Shown: positions 1 through 10,363 of the stretch, piece by piece | How positions within the stretch are numbered: the first letter of the stretch is position 1 | Layout: every line of letters starts with the position of its first letter | Source: Bacilli bacterium | GTDB lineage: Bacteria; Bacillota_I; Bacilli_A; RFN20; UBA1709 | Reading direction: 5' to 3' | NCBI GenBank assembly: GCA_028693955.1 | Contig: JAQUUH010000001.1 | Coordinates: forward strand, 16,260 to 80,259 | Length of the DNA stretch: 64,000 nt | Program-made: the position numbers and the translations under genes | Notes under the pieces: generated by a model | Databases searched by the model: none | What the model saw: only the letters and a program-made list of their open reading frames with translations | What the model was told of the DNA's origin: nothing

Positions 1-318
1 AAAGAAAAAGATATTACAAAAATGGATACAAACTTAGAAATAGATGTTTCTCAATTAGATGGACTTGATGAAGAAGAATACGCTAAACATCTAGTGGAAA
101 TGAATCCTCTTATTAAGTATCATCAGGCATTCTTTTTTGCAACGCATAGAGTTGAAGGACGTTACTATACGATAAGTCAATTCAAGCAATTTGTTGATTG
201 CGCCTATGAAACTGCAAGAACTTCAATGGATTTTTTGGTGGAGATTGGTCTTTATCGTAAAGAACAATTGAAAAATAAATTTGTTTATACTCCAAATATA
301 AATAAGAAAGAAGGTTAA
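1..318 (+). CDS. hypothetical protein, 5' truncated by the window edge; C-terminal winged-helix-like segment
   Basis: The reading frame is open from nt 1 (KEKDITK precedes the first Met). The C-terminal segment TISQFKQFVDCAYETARTSMDFLVEIGLY looks like an HTH or winged helix. No family recognised. Confidence 0.35.
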   Translation, partial: KEKDITKMDTNLEIDVSQLDGLDEEEYAKHLVEMNPLIKYHQAFFFATHRVEGRYYTISQFKQFVDCAYETARTSMDFLVEIGLYRKEQLKNKFVYTPNINKKEG

Positions 319-321
319 TAT

Positions 322-546
322 ATGGATTTAGGTACAACTCTTGTTATCATAGGTATTGCATTAGTCTTATTGGGTGTTTCTTTATTTTTGAGAAAAAAGA
401 TTAATAAGGAAGAAATAAAAAACAGTAAAAAATCAGCAAAAAAACTTTCCCCTGAAGAAATTGCCAAAGAGGAAGTAGAAAGCATGATTATAGTTGAAAA
501 AAAGCCTAAAGATTTTGATGAGAAAAAGGAAGTTGGCGACGATTAA
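322..546 (+). CDS. small membrane-anchored protein, Lys/Glu-rich tail
   Basis: N-terminal hydrophobic helix LGTTLVIIGIALVLLGVSLFL followed by a charged K/E-rich tail. No recognisable family. Confidence 0.35.
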   Translation: MDLGTTLVIIGIALVLLGVSLFLRKKINKEEIKNSKKSAKKLSPEEIAKEEVESMIIVEKKPKDFDEKKEVGDD

Positions 547-547
547 T

Positions 548-1663
548 ATGTTAAACAAGGTAGATGCCTTGTATGTTCATGTTCCATTTTGTTCAAATAT
601 TTGTAACTACTGTAATTTTACAAAATTTCTTTATCAAGAAGATATCGTTAATAGTTATTTAATATCTTTAGAAAAAGAATTGTCTTTTTATGATAAAAAT
701 AAATATTCTACTATATATATTGGAGGTGGGACTCCAACATCACTTAATTTTTTTCAGTTAAATAAATTGCTAGAAATCATAAATAAATTTAAAAACAATA
801 ATGAAGATTTTGAATTTACTATGGAAACTAATCCTGAAAATTTAACTTTTGAAAAAATAAGTTTATTAAAAAAACATGGTGTAAATCGTATTTCTATCGG
901 GGTACAGACTTCAAATGATAAAATGCTTAAGATACTTAATCGTTGTCATAAAACGATTGATGTCATACATGGAATTGAGAGATTAAAAAAAGTTGGAATA
1001 AACAATATCTCAATTGATATAATGTTTGGTTTACCACATCAAAAAAAAGAAGATCTTTTGAAAGATTTAGATTTTTTTTTAAAACTTGATATTCCTCACA
1101 TATCTTTTTATCCATTAGTTGTAGAAGATAATACTATTTTCAAAATAAATAAAGTTAAAGCATTAAGTGATGAAAAAATTTATGAAATGTATAATTTGAT
1201 AAATAAAAAATTAAGTAATAATGGATATTATAGATATGAAGTAAGTAATTTTTGTAAAAAAGGTATGGAATCTAAGCATAATATGAAATATTGGAATGAT
1301 GATTATTATGTTGGAATTGGACCAGGAGCTCATGGATATGTAGATGGTGTTAGATATGCTAATTCTTCTTCAATAACAAATTACATTAAAGGAGAATTCA
1401 TTAAAGAAGAAAAATTAATTAGTAAAAATGAACAAGAGTTTGAATATATTATGTTGCGTCTTCGCTTAAAAGAAGGTATTATTTTAAAAGATTACCTTAG
1501 TAAATTTGGTATCGATTTTTGTGATAAATACTCAAGTGAAATTGAAAAATTAAAAAAAGATGGATATTTAGAAGAAAGTCTGGAGTCAATATATGTTAGT
1601 GAAAAAGGAATATATCTACTGAATCATATCATTGCTACCTTAACCATGAATTTAAATTATTAA
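548..1663 (+). CDS. hemW: radical SAM heme chaperone HemW (HemN-like, coproporphyrinogen III oxidase family)
   Basis: Start MLNKVDALYVHVPFC with the CxxxCxxC motif CSNICNYC. The internal ATG at 548 sits behind AGGAAG, and the track ORF at 494 is an upstream in-frame extension. In Bacillus this gene precedes hrcA. Confidence 0.85.
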   Translation: MLNKVDALYVHVPFCSNICNYCNFTKFLYQEDIVNSYLISLEKELSFYDKNKYSTIYIGGGTPTSLNFFQLNKLLEIINKFKNNNEDFEFTMETNPENLTFEKISLLKKHGVNRISIGVQTSNDKMLKILNRCHKTIDVIHGIERLKKVGINNISIDIMFGLPHQKKEDLLKDLDFFLKLDIPHISFYPLVVEDNTIFKINKVKALSDEKIYEMYNLINKKLSNNGYYRYEVSNFCKKGMESKHNMKYWNDDYYVGIGPGAHGYVDGVRYANSSSITNYIKGEFIKEEKLISKNEQEFEYIMLRLRLKEGIILKDYLSKFGIDFCDKYSSEIEKLKKDGYLEESLESIYVSEKGIYLLNHIIATLTMNLNY

Positions 1664-1683
1664 TATGTTATATTATTAAAGAG

Positions 1684-2109
1684 GTGATAGAATTGAAGGC
1701 TAATTTTGAAAAAAGATTTCTTGCATATTTTACAGATGTACTTTTTGCACTAATTCTTTCTTTAATTGCTATATATGTTTTGAAAATAAAACTACCATTT
1801 TTAGATTATTTTCTTTACTTTTTTACTACCCCTCAAATTTATACTGTTATATCTTATTTCGTTTACATATTAATATGTTTTTTGCTTTTTAAAGGAGTTT
1901 CAATTGGGGGAATTATTTTTAATGTAAAAGTAGTATCCAAAGATGATTCGAAAATGAGTTTTGGTCAAGTAATTATGAGAAGTTTACTACAATCTCTTTT
2001 CCCACTTGCCTTGTTTAATATTGCATATATGTTGCTTTATAGAACCCAAATTTCCGTTTTTGATGCTTGTACAAATTCTAAAACCATGAAAATAAGAGAT
2101 AATGATTAA
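1684..2109 (+). CDS. RDD-family-like small integral membrane protein
   Basis: Three or four predicted TM helices. N-terminal KRFLAYFTDVLFALILS resembles the R...D signature of the RDD family. Confidence 0.45.
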   Translation: MIELKANFEKRFLAYFTDVLFALILSLIAIYVLKIKLPFLDYFLYFFTTPQIYTVISYFVYILICFLLFKGVSIGGIIFNVKVVSKDDSKMSFGQVIMRSLLQSLFPLALFNIAYMLLYRTQISVFDACTNSKTMKIRDND

Positions 2110-2133
2110 AACTATCATCTGATAGTTTTTTTA
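2110..2133 (+). terminator. rho-independent terminator
   Basis: Hairpin aactatca-tct-gatagtt followed by a run of seven T, directly after the TAA stop. Confidence 0.7.
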
Positions 2134-2146
2134 ATATTTAAAAAAA

Positions 2147-2219
2147 TTAGCACTTTGCTATTGACAGTGCTAAGATAGTGTGTATAATAATATTAGCATT
2201 CAAAAAAGTGGAGTGCTAG
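2147..2219 (+). promoter_or_regulatory. hrcA/dnaK operon sigma-A promoter with two CIRCE operators
   Basis: -35 TTGACA at 2161-2166, a 16-nt spacer, and extended -10 TGTATAAT at 2181-2188. CIRCE-1 is TTAGCACTT-N9-CAGTGCTAA at 2147-2173. CIRCE-2 is TTAGCATTC-N9-GAGTGCTAG at 2193-2219. Confidence 0.85.
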
Positions 2220-2235
2220 ATTAGGGGGTTGAGTT

Positions 2236-3270
2236 ATGCAAGAATTGAATAGAAAACAGCGAATATTGAAGCTAATTGTTGAAGAATTTGTAAAAACTGC
2301 AGAGCCTGTTGGATCACATTCTTTGCTTGACAAATATGATCTCCCATATTCTAGTGCTACTATTAGAAGTGAAATGGCAGAGTTAGAAAATCTTGGATAT
2401 CTTGAAAAGACTCATACCTCTAGTGGACGTGTTCCTAGTCCTATGGGCTATCGTTATTATGTAGATTCTTTAAGAGATAAAAAGTGCATAGATGATGACA
2501 CTAAAGAGAAGATTCAAGCTCTTTTTTCTCAAAAAGATATTCAGATTAATGAAGTCATAAAGCATGGGTGTGAAATTATTTCCCAAATGACTAATCTTAC
2601 ATCGGTTATGCTAGGACCAGATTCAAATGAAGAATGTCTTTCAAAGGTGCAATTAATGCCACTTACATCTACAAGTGTAGTTGCCTTGTTTGTTACTGAT
2701 AGAGGTCATGTTGAACACAAGATATTTAGTATTCCAAACTCTATTGCTATGAATGATTTAGAAAATTGTGTTGAAATATTAAATGATAGAATAAGTGGGA
2801 CCAAGATAAGTCAAGTAATTGATAAGGTCAATTCAATTAAGCCTATTTTAGCAGATGCTGTTAAACAACATGAAGTTATATTTAAAGCATTTTTAGAAGC
2901 ATTTTTAAAGTTTACAGCTGAGAGAGTTTCAGTATTTGGAAGAGCAAATATTTTAGAACAACCAGAATTTACTAGTAATCTTAATAAATTAAGAAAATTA
3001 GTTAATTTATTAGAAAATCAGGATGTTTGGCGTCAATTCGATTCAAATGATGACATATGTGTCATGATTGGGGATGAGAATACAATTGCTGAAATAGATG
3101 ATTTATCTGTAGTTAGTGCAAATATTCATTTTGATAACAATAACAACGGGAAAATTGCTCTTATCGGGCCAACTCGTATGGATTATTCAAAAGTTATTGG
3201 AGCACTTGAATATTTACAAGAAGCTATTGACGAATATTTTAAAGAAAGTGAGGATGATAAGGATGAGTAA
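2236..3270 (+). CDS. hrcA: heat-inducible transcription repressor HrcA
   Basis: Full-length similarity to HrcA (N-terminal wHTH VGSHSLL). CIRCE elements lie upstream. Gene order is hrcA-grpE-dnaK-dnaJ. Confidence 0.9.
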   Translation: MQELNRKQRILKLIVEEFVKTAEPVGSHSLLDKYDLPYSSATIRSEMAELENLGYLEKTHTSSGRVPSPMGYRYYVDSLRDKKCIDDDTKEKIQALFSQKDIQINEVIKHGCEIISQMTNLTSVMLGPDSNEECLSKVQLMPLTSTSVVALFVTDRGHVEHKIFSIPNSIAMNDLENCVEILNDRISGTKISQVIDKVNSIKPILADAVKQHEVIFKAFLEAFLKFTAERVSVFGRANILEQPEFTSNLNKLRKLVNLLENQDVWRQFDSNDDICVMIGDENTIAEIDDLSVVSANIHFDNNNNGKIALIGPTRMDYSKVIGALEYLQEAIDEYFKESEDDKDE

Positions 3271-3871
3271 AAACAAGAAAAAAGATTGTAATGATGAAAA
3301 AGAAAAAAAAGAAAATATTACTAATGAAGAATGCGAGGTAGAACCGCAGTATGTACCAAAAGATGATTATGATAAAATGCAAGAGCAATTTAATAAGGCA
3401 TTGAATACTGCTGCATATTATGAAAATCAAGGTAAGTATTATAAGAGTGAATATGAAAAATCAATTAAGTATCGTTCTCAGTCAATAGTTGAAGAGTTAT
3501 TGAGGGTTCTTGATGGATTTCAATTAGCATTCAAAATGGATGCTCCAAATCAAGAAGCAATAAACTATAGAACTGGATTTGAATTTGTTTATAAATTGTT
3601 ATTAGATTCATTAGAAAATGAAGGAGTTATACAAATAGTTCCTAAAGTTGGAGAAGAGTATGATTCTAAAATTCATCATGCAGTAGAAATTATAGATACA
3701 CAAGATGATAGTAAAAACAATACTGTGACTGAAGTTTTGTTAAATGGATATATGCTCAAAGATCGTTTAATAAGACCAGCTACTGTTAAAGTTTTTTTGA
3801 AAAAAGAAGAAGAAAAAGCAGAAATTGCAGAAAATACAGAATCACATACAAGTGATGAAATGAAAAATTAA
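3263..3871 (+). CDS. grpE: nucleotide exchange factor GrpE
   Basis: ATG at 3263 follows GAGG at a 10-nt spacing, and the track ORF at 3116 is an upstream extension overlapping hrcA. Position between hrcA and dnaK supports the call. Confidence 0.8.
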   Translation: MSKNKKKDCNDEKEKKENITNEECEVEPQYVPKDDYDKMQEQFNKALNTAAYYENQGKYYKSEYEKSIKYRSQSIVEELLRVLDGFQLAFKMDAPNQEAINYRTGFEFVYKLLLDSLENEGVIQIVPKVGEEYDSKIHHAVEIIDTQDDSKNNTVTEVLLNGYMLKDRLIRPATVKVFLKKEEEKAEIAENTESHTSDEMKN

Positions 3872-5731
<1,860 letters not shown>

Positions 5732-5788
5732 TAATATGGGGGAATTTCCCCCATATTATGATTATTTTAGAAAGGCGGGTTAAATTTT

Positions 5789-6946
5789 ATGGCACAAAAA
5801 AGAGATTTTTATGATGTTTTAGAGATAAGCAAAAATGCCACCCAAGACGAAATAAAAAAGGCGTATAGAAAACTCGCCAAGAAATATCATCCAGATATCA
5901 ACAAAGATCCTGGAGCTGAAGATAAATTTAAAGAGATACAAGAAGCATATGATATACTTTCAGATGAAAATAAAAAGCAATTATATGATCAATATGGACA
6001 TGCAGGAGTAGATCCACAAGCAGCTGGAGCACAAGGAAGTGGTTTTGGTGGCTTTGGTGGTTTTGGAGGCTTTGGACAAGATTTTGGCGGTGTAGATTTA
6101 GGAGACATATTTAATTCTTTTTTTGGTGGAGGAGCTACAAGAAGTTCTTCTTCAAGAAGAACAGGTCCATCTAAAGGATCAGATAAGTTTATGCAACTTA
6201 GAATTGATTTTATGGACTCTGTTTTAGGTAAAAATACAGAGATAACAATTAATTTAGATACTGTTTGTCCTCATTGTCATGGAAGTGGCGCGGAAAATCC
6301 TAGTGATGTTGTTAAATGTTCAAGATGTAATGGTACAGGAACTGTCAATGCAACTCAAAATACACCTTTTGGATCAATTAGAACACAAACAACTTGTCCA
6401 GAGTGTCATGGGTCGGGAAAAACAATAAAACATAAATGTTCTGAATGTGGTGGACAAGGTTTTGTTAGAAAAAGAACTAAGGTAGATGTAAAAATACCTG
6501 CTGGTATTGCTAGTGGTCAGCAATTGAGAATTGCTGGCAAAGGTGAAAGAGGTTCAAATGGAGGTCCAAATGGAGATTTATATATTGAAATTATTGTAAA
6601 TCCTCATTCAGTATTTAAAAGAGATGGTCGAAATATTCATATTGAAGTACCAATATCTTTTACTGATGCTGCACTTGGTTGTAAGATAGATGTTCCAACA
6701 GTTTATGGTGATGTTGAGTTAAAAGTTCCGGAAGGTATTCAAGATAGCCAAATTTTAAGAATTAAAGGCAAAGGATTTAAAGATATTAGAAGTTCAGATT
6801 ATGGTGATCAATATGTTCACATTCAAATAAAGACACCTTCTAAATTATCTAAAGAAGAAAAAGAATTATATGAAAGACTAAGAGATATAGAAAAAAAAGG
6901 TTCAGAATCTATTTTTGATAAATTTAAAAAAGCATTTAGAAAATAA
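5789..6946 (+). CDS. dnaJ: molecular chaperone DnaJ
   Basis: J domain with HPD. G/F-rich linker. Four CxxCxGxG zinc-finger repeats. Confidence 0.95.
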   Translation: MAQKRDFYDVLEISKNATQDEIKKAYRKLAKKYHPDINKDPGAEDKFKEIQEAYDILSDENKKQLYDQYGHAGVDPQAAGAQGSGFGGFGGFGGFGQDFGGVDLGDIFNSFFGGGATRSSSSRRTGPSKGSDKFMQLRIDFMDSVLGKNTEITINLDTVCPHCHGSGAENPSDVVKCSRCNGTGTVNATQNTPFGSIRTQTTCPECHGSGKTIKHKCSECGGQGFVRKRTKVDVKIPAGIASGQQLRIAGKGERGSNGGPNGDLYIEIIVNPHSVFKRDGRNIHIEVPISFTDAALGCKIDVPTVYGDVELKVPEGIQDSQILRIKGKGFKDIRSSDYGDQYVHIQIKTPSKLSKEEKELYERLRDIEKKGSESIFDKFKKAFRK

Positions 6947-6947
6947 T

Positions 6948-6970
6948 AGTGTTACAATGTAACACTTTTA
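6948..6970 (+). terminator. rho-independent terminator after dnaJ
   Basis: Hairpin agtgttaca-atg-taacact followed by TTTT. Confidence 0.7.
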
Positions 6971-6985
6971 TAAAAAAAATATTAA

Positions 6986-7012
6986 TTAGCACTTTTGGTT
7001 AGTGAGTGCTGA
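6986..7012 (+). promoter_or_regulatory. CIRCE-like operator upstream of clpB
   Basis: TTAGCACTT-N9-GAGTGCTGA lies 15 nt upstream of the clpB start. Confidence 0.7.
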
Positions 7013-7026
7013 AAGGGGTTGATATT

Positions 7027-9579
7027 ATGAATCAAAATAATTATACTCAAAAAGTTCAAGAGGCTTTAGTTGGTGCTGTTAACCTAGCATCAAGCAATAA
7101 AAATGCCGAAATAGATGTTGTTCATCTATTTAGTGGCTTGTTAAATGATGATGATAACATCTTAAGTTTATTATTGAAAAAAATTAATATAAACAAGGAA
7201 GAAATTATTTCATTTACTAATGATTATATAGCAAAAATATTTAAGATAAGTGGTAATGCTGAGCCAAGTATAAGTCGAGATTTAAACATTTTAATTGCAA
7301 ATTCACAAGAAATAATGAAAGAAATGGGCGATGGATATGTAAGTGTCGAACATTTAATTTTGGCTTTGTTTAATTCTTCAAATACTTACGCTCGAGAATT
7401 AATTAAAAAATATAGTCTTAAAAGAGAAAAAATAATAAAAATTATCGAAGAAATTAGAGCTGGTAATAATGTTGAGACAGATAATCCTGAAAATAATTAT
7501 GAGGTACTCAAAAAATATGGTCGTGACTTAGTAGAAGAGGTAAAACTTGGTAAAATAGATCCAGTAATTGGTAGAGATGATGAGATAAGAAGGGTAATCC
7601 AAATCCTTTCTAGAAAAACAAAAAATAATCCAATATTAATAGGTGAGCCTGGCGTTGGTAAAACAGCTATTGTTGAAGGGTTAGCTTGGAGAATATTTAA
7701 AAATGATGTACCCATTTCTTTAAAAAATAAAATAATATTTGAACTAGATGTGGCATCACTTATTGCTGGAGCAAAATATCGAGGGGAATTTGAAGAAAGA
7801 TTAAAGGCTGTTTTAAAAGAAGTACAGAAATCTAATGGTAAAATTATTTTGTTTATTGATGAAATACATACTCTAGTTGGAGCCGGAAGAACTGAAGGCG
7901 CAATGGATGCTTCAAATATATTAAAACCAATGCTTGCTAGGGGAGAATTGCATTGTGTAGGAGCAACTACTTTAGAAGAACATAGAAAATATATTGAAAA
8001 AGACCCTGCACTAGAAAGAAGAATGCAAAAAGTATATGTAAGTGAACCAACTTTGGAAGATACGATATCTATATTAAGAGGACTAAAAGAGCGTTTTGAA
8101 ATTCATCATGGTGTAAAAATTCAAGATAATGCTTTAGTAGCAGCAGCAACTTTAGCAAAAAGATATATAACAGATAGGTTTTTGCCCGATAAAGCAATAG
8201 ATTTAGTGGATGAGGCATGTGCATCAATTCGTATGGAAATTGATTCTATGCCAGTAGAATTGGATGAAATAACTAGAAAAATTATGCAATTAGATATTGA
8301 GATGGCTTCGTTGAAAAAGGAAAATGATGATACATCAATAAAAAGATTGAATGATATTAAAAAAGAAAAAGAAGTTTTAGATTCTAAAAGAAATGAGTTA
8401 CAAGTTAAATGGGAGATTGAAAAACAAGATTTACAAGAATCCAAAGATTTAAAATCTCAACTAGATAAAGCAAAATTAGATTTGGAAAAAGCACAAAATA
8501 ACGCTAATTATGAACTTGCTGCTAAACTTCAATATCAAGATATACCTAATTTAACAAAGAAAATAAAAGATTATGAGCAAAAAACTAGTGATGACCGCTT
8601 GCTAAATGAGGTTGTAACGGAAGATGAAATTTCAAAAATAGTTTCTAAATGGACTAGAATACCTGTTTCAAAAATGTTAGAAGCAGAAAGTGAAAAATAT
8701 TCTACTTTAGCACTAAGATTAAAAGAAAGAGTCATAGGTCAAGATGAAGCTGTTGACTTAGTCTCTGATGCTATTATTAGGGCTAGAGCGGGTATAAACG
8801 ATGAGGATAGACCTCTTGGGTCATTTATATTTCTTGGACCAACAGGAGTTGGGAAAACAGAAATTGCAAGAGCTTTAGCTGATCAATTATTTGATTCAGA
8901 AGATAATCTTATAAGAATAGATATGTCTGAATATATGGAAAAATTTAGCGTATCTAGACTTCTTGGAGCTCCTCCAGGATATGTTGGATATGAAGAAGGT
9001 GGACAATTAAGTGAGGCTGTTAGAAGAAACCCATATTCTATTATATTATTAGATGAGATTGAAAAGGCTCATCCTGATGTTTTCAATATATTATTGCAAA
9101 TTTTAGATGATGGAAGAGTAACGGATTCAAAAGGAACACTAATTGATTTTAAAAATACTATAATTATTATGACGTCAAACATTGGTTCATCATACCTATT
9201 AGAAGGCAACAATCCTGAAAATAAAGATATGGTTATGAAAGAATTGCAAAATAAATTTAAACCAGAGTTTTTGAATAGAGTTGATGAGATAGTCATGTTT
9301 AATTCATTAGATGATAAAGTAATGATAAAAATAGTTCATAAATTTATAAATGAGCTAAAGCAAAGATTAGTAAATCTTGGATATAATATGAATATTACTG
9401 ATAATGCTATTGTATACATAAAAAATATAGGATACGATAGAATATATGGTGCTAGACCATTGAAAAGAGTAATTCAAAAACAGGTTGAAACTCCTATTGC
9501 AAAAGCGATATTAAACAAAACTTTAAATAAGAGTTTTACTATTGATGTAAATGCTACAAATTCTATAATTATAAAATAA
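7027..9579 (+). CDS. clpB: ATP-dependent chaperone ClpB
   Basis: Two AAA+ modules (GEPGVGKT and GPTGVGKT) with a long coiled-coil middle domain. ATG at 7027 follows AAAGGGG. Confidence 0.9.
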   Translation: MNQNNYTQKVQEALVGAVNLASSNKNAEIDVVHLFSGLLNDDDNILSLLLKKININKEEIISFTNDYIAKIFKISGNAEPSISRDLNILIANSQEIMKEMGDGYVSVEHLILALFNSSNTYARELIKKYSLKREKIIKIIEEIRAGNNVETDNPENNYEVLKKYGRDLVEEVKLGKIDPVIGRDDEIRRVIQILSRKTKNNPILIGEPGVGKTAIVEGLAWRIFKNDVPISLKNKIIFELDVASLIAGAKYRGEFEERLKAVLKEVQKSNGKIILFIDEIHTLVGAGRTEGAMDASNILKPMLARGELHCVGATTLEEHRKYIEKDPALERRMQKVYVSEPTLEDTISILRGLKERFEIHHGVKIQDNALVAAATLAKRYITDRFLPDKAIDLVDEACASIRMEIDSMPVELDEITRKIMQLDIEMASLKKENDDTSIKRLNDIKKEKEVLDSKRNELQVKWEIEKQDLQESKDLKSQLDKAKLDLEKAQNNANYELAAKLQYQDIPNLTKKIKDYEQKTSDDRLLNEVVTEDEISKIVSKWTRIPVSKMLEAESEKYSTLALRLKERVIGQDEAVDLVSDAIIRARAGINDEDRPLGSFIFLGPTGVGKTEIARALADQLFDSEDNLIRIDMSEYMEKFSVSRLLGAPPGYVGYEEGGQLSEAVRRNPYSIILLDEIEKAHPDVFNILLQILDDGRVTDSKGTLIDFKNTIIIMTSNIGSSYLLEGNNPENKDMVMKELQNKFKPEFLNRVDEIVMFNSLDDKVMIKIVHKFINELKQRLVNLGYNMNITDNAIVYIKNIGYDRIYGARPLKRVIQKQVETPIAKAILNKTLNKSFTIDVNATNSIIIK

Positions 9580-9606
9580 AGTCCAATGGACTTTATTTTT
9601 TATTTA
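9578..9606 (+). terminator. rho-independent terminator after clpB
   Basis: Hairpin aaagtcca-a-tggacttt followed by a T-run. Confidence 0.7.
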
Positions 9607-9677
9607 TAAAAAAGTTTATTTAACGAACAATATGTTTTATAATTAAGTTAGTTTTCCCTGTTTGGAGGATAGTATTC

Positions 9678-10352
9678 ATGTTAAATAATAGATATATAAG
9701 AAATATTGGTACATTTACTCAAGATGAACAAATGGCTTTATTTGATAAAAAAGTCTTAGTTGTTGGTTGTGGAGGGTTAGGTGGATTTGTAATAGAATCA
9801 CTGGCAAGAATAGGTATAAAGGATATTTCTATAATTGATGGTGGAATTTTTGTCGATAATAATTTGAATAGACAAATCCTATCAATTGAAAAAAATATTG
9901 GCAATTCTAAAGTTTTAGAAGCTCAAAAAAGGATTCGTGAAATTGATTCAACAATAAGTGTTTCTGCATATAATAGTTATTTTGATGAAAGTTATCAAAA
10001 TTTTATGTTTAATGAATTTGATATAGTAATTGAGTGTATTGATGATATAAAATTACGTATTTTATTAGAAAAATACTGCATAGTAAATAAAGTTCCTTTG
10101 ATACATGGAGCAATAGATGGCGAACAAGGACAAGTGGCTTGTATAGATAAAAAGCCCCTTTTGGAGATATTATATAAAGATTTTGATGGGAAAAGAGTTA
10201 ACTCAACGCCATTTTATACAATTGCTGCAATAGGAGCAATGCAGATATCTTTGGCAGTAAAAAGGCTTTTAAACAAGGCAGTTAAAACAAGAGGATTTTA
10301 TTATTGTGATTTAAAAAACTTTAATATGCAATATATGCCAATAGATGATTAG
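9678..10352 (+). CDS. ThiF/MoeB/HesA-family E1-like adenylyltransferase (TcdA/ThiF-like)
   Basis: RYxRxIG...VLVVGCGGLGG Rossmann motif, 224 aa. No adjacent ThiS/MoaD-like partner ORF. Confidence 0.7.
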   Translation: MLNNRYIRNIGTFTQDEQMALFDKKVLVVGCGGLGGFVIESLARIGIKDISIIDGGIFVDNNLNRQILSIEKNIGNSKVLEAQKRIREIDSTISVSAYNSYFDESYQNFMFNEFDIVIECIDDIKLRILLEKYCIVNKVPLIHGAIDGEQGQVACIDKKPLLEILYKDFDGKRVNSTPFYTIAAIGAMQISLAVKRLLNKAVKTRGFYYCDLKNFNMQYMPIDD

Positions 10353-10363
10353 GGGTGTTTTTT

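Noticed and set aside
494-547. N-terminal extension of the hemW ORF
   Set aside because: HemW orthologues begin at the MLNKVDALYVHVPFC-type sequence. The internal ATG at 548 has an RBS.
3116-3262. N-terminal extension of the grpE ORF overlapping the hrcA 3' end
   Set aside because: The extension is hydrophobic and not GrpE-like. A good RBS (GAGG) serves the ATG at 3263.
3239-3430. Minus-strand 63-aa ORF and the many similar 60-110-aa antisense ORFs inside dnaK, clpB, the gal genes, tkt and aspS
   Set aside because: All lie antisense within conserved protein-coding genes and have low-complexity translations. They are shadow ORFs.
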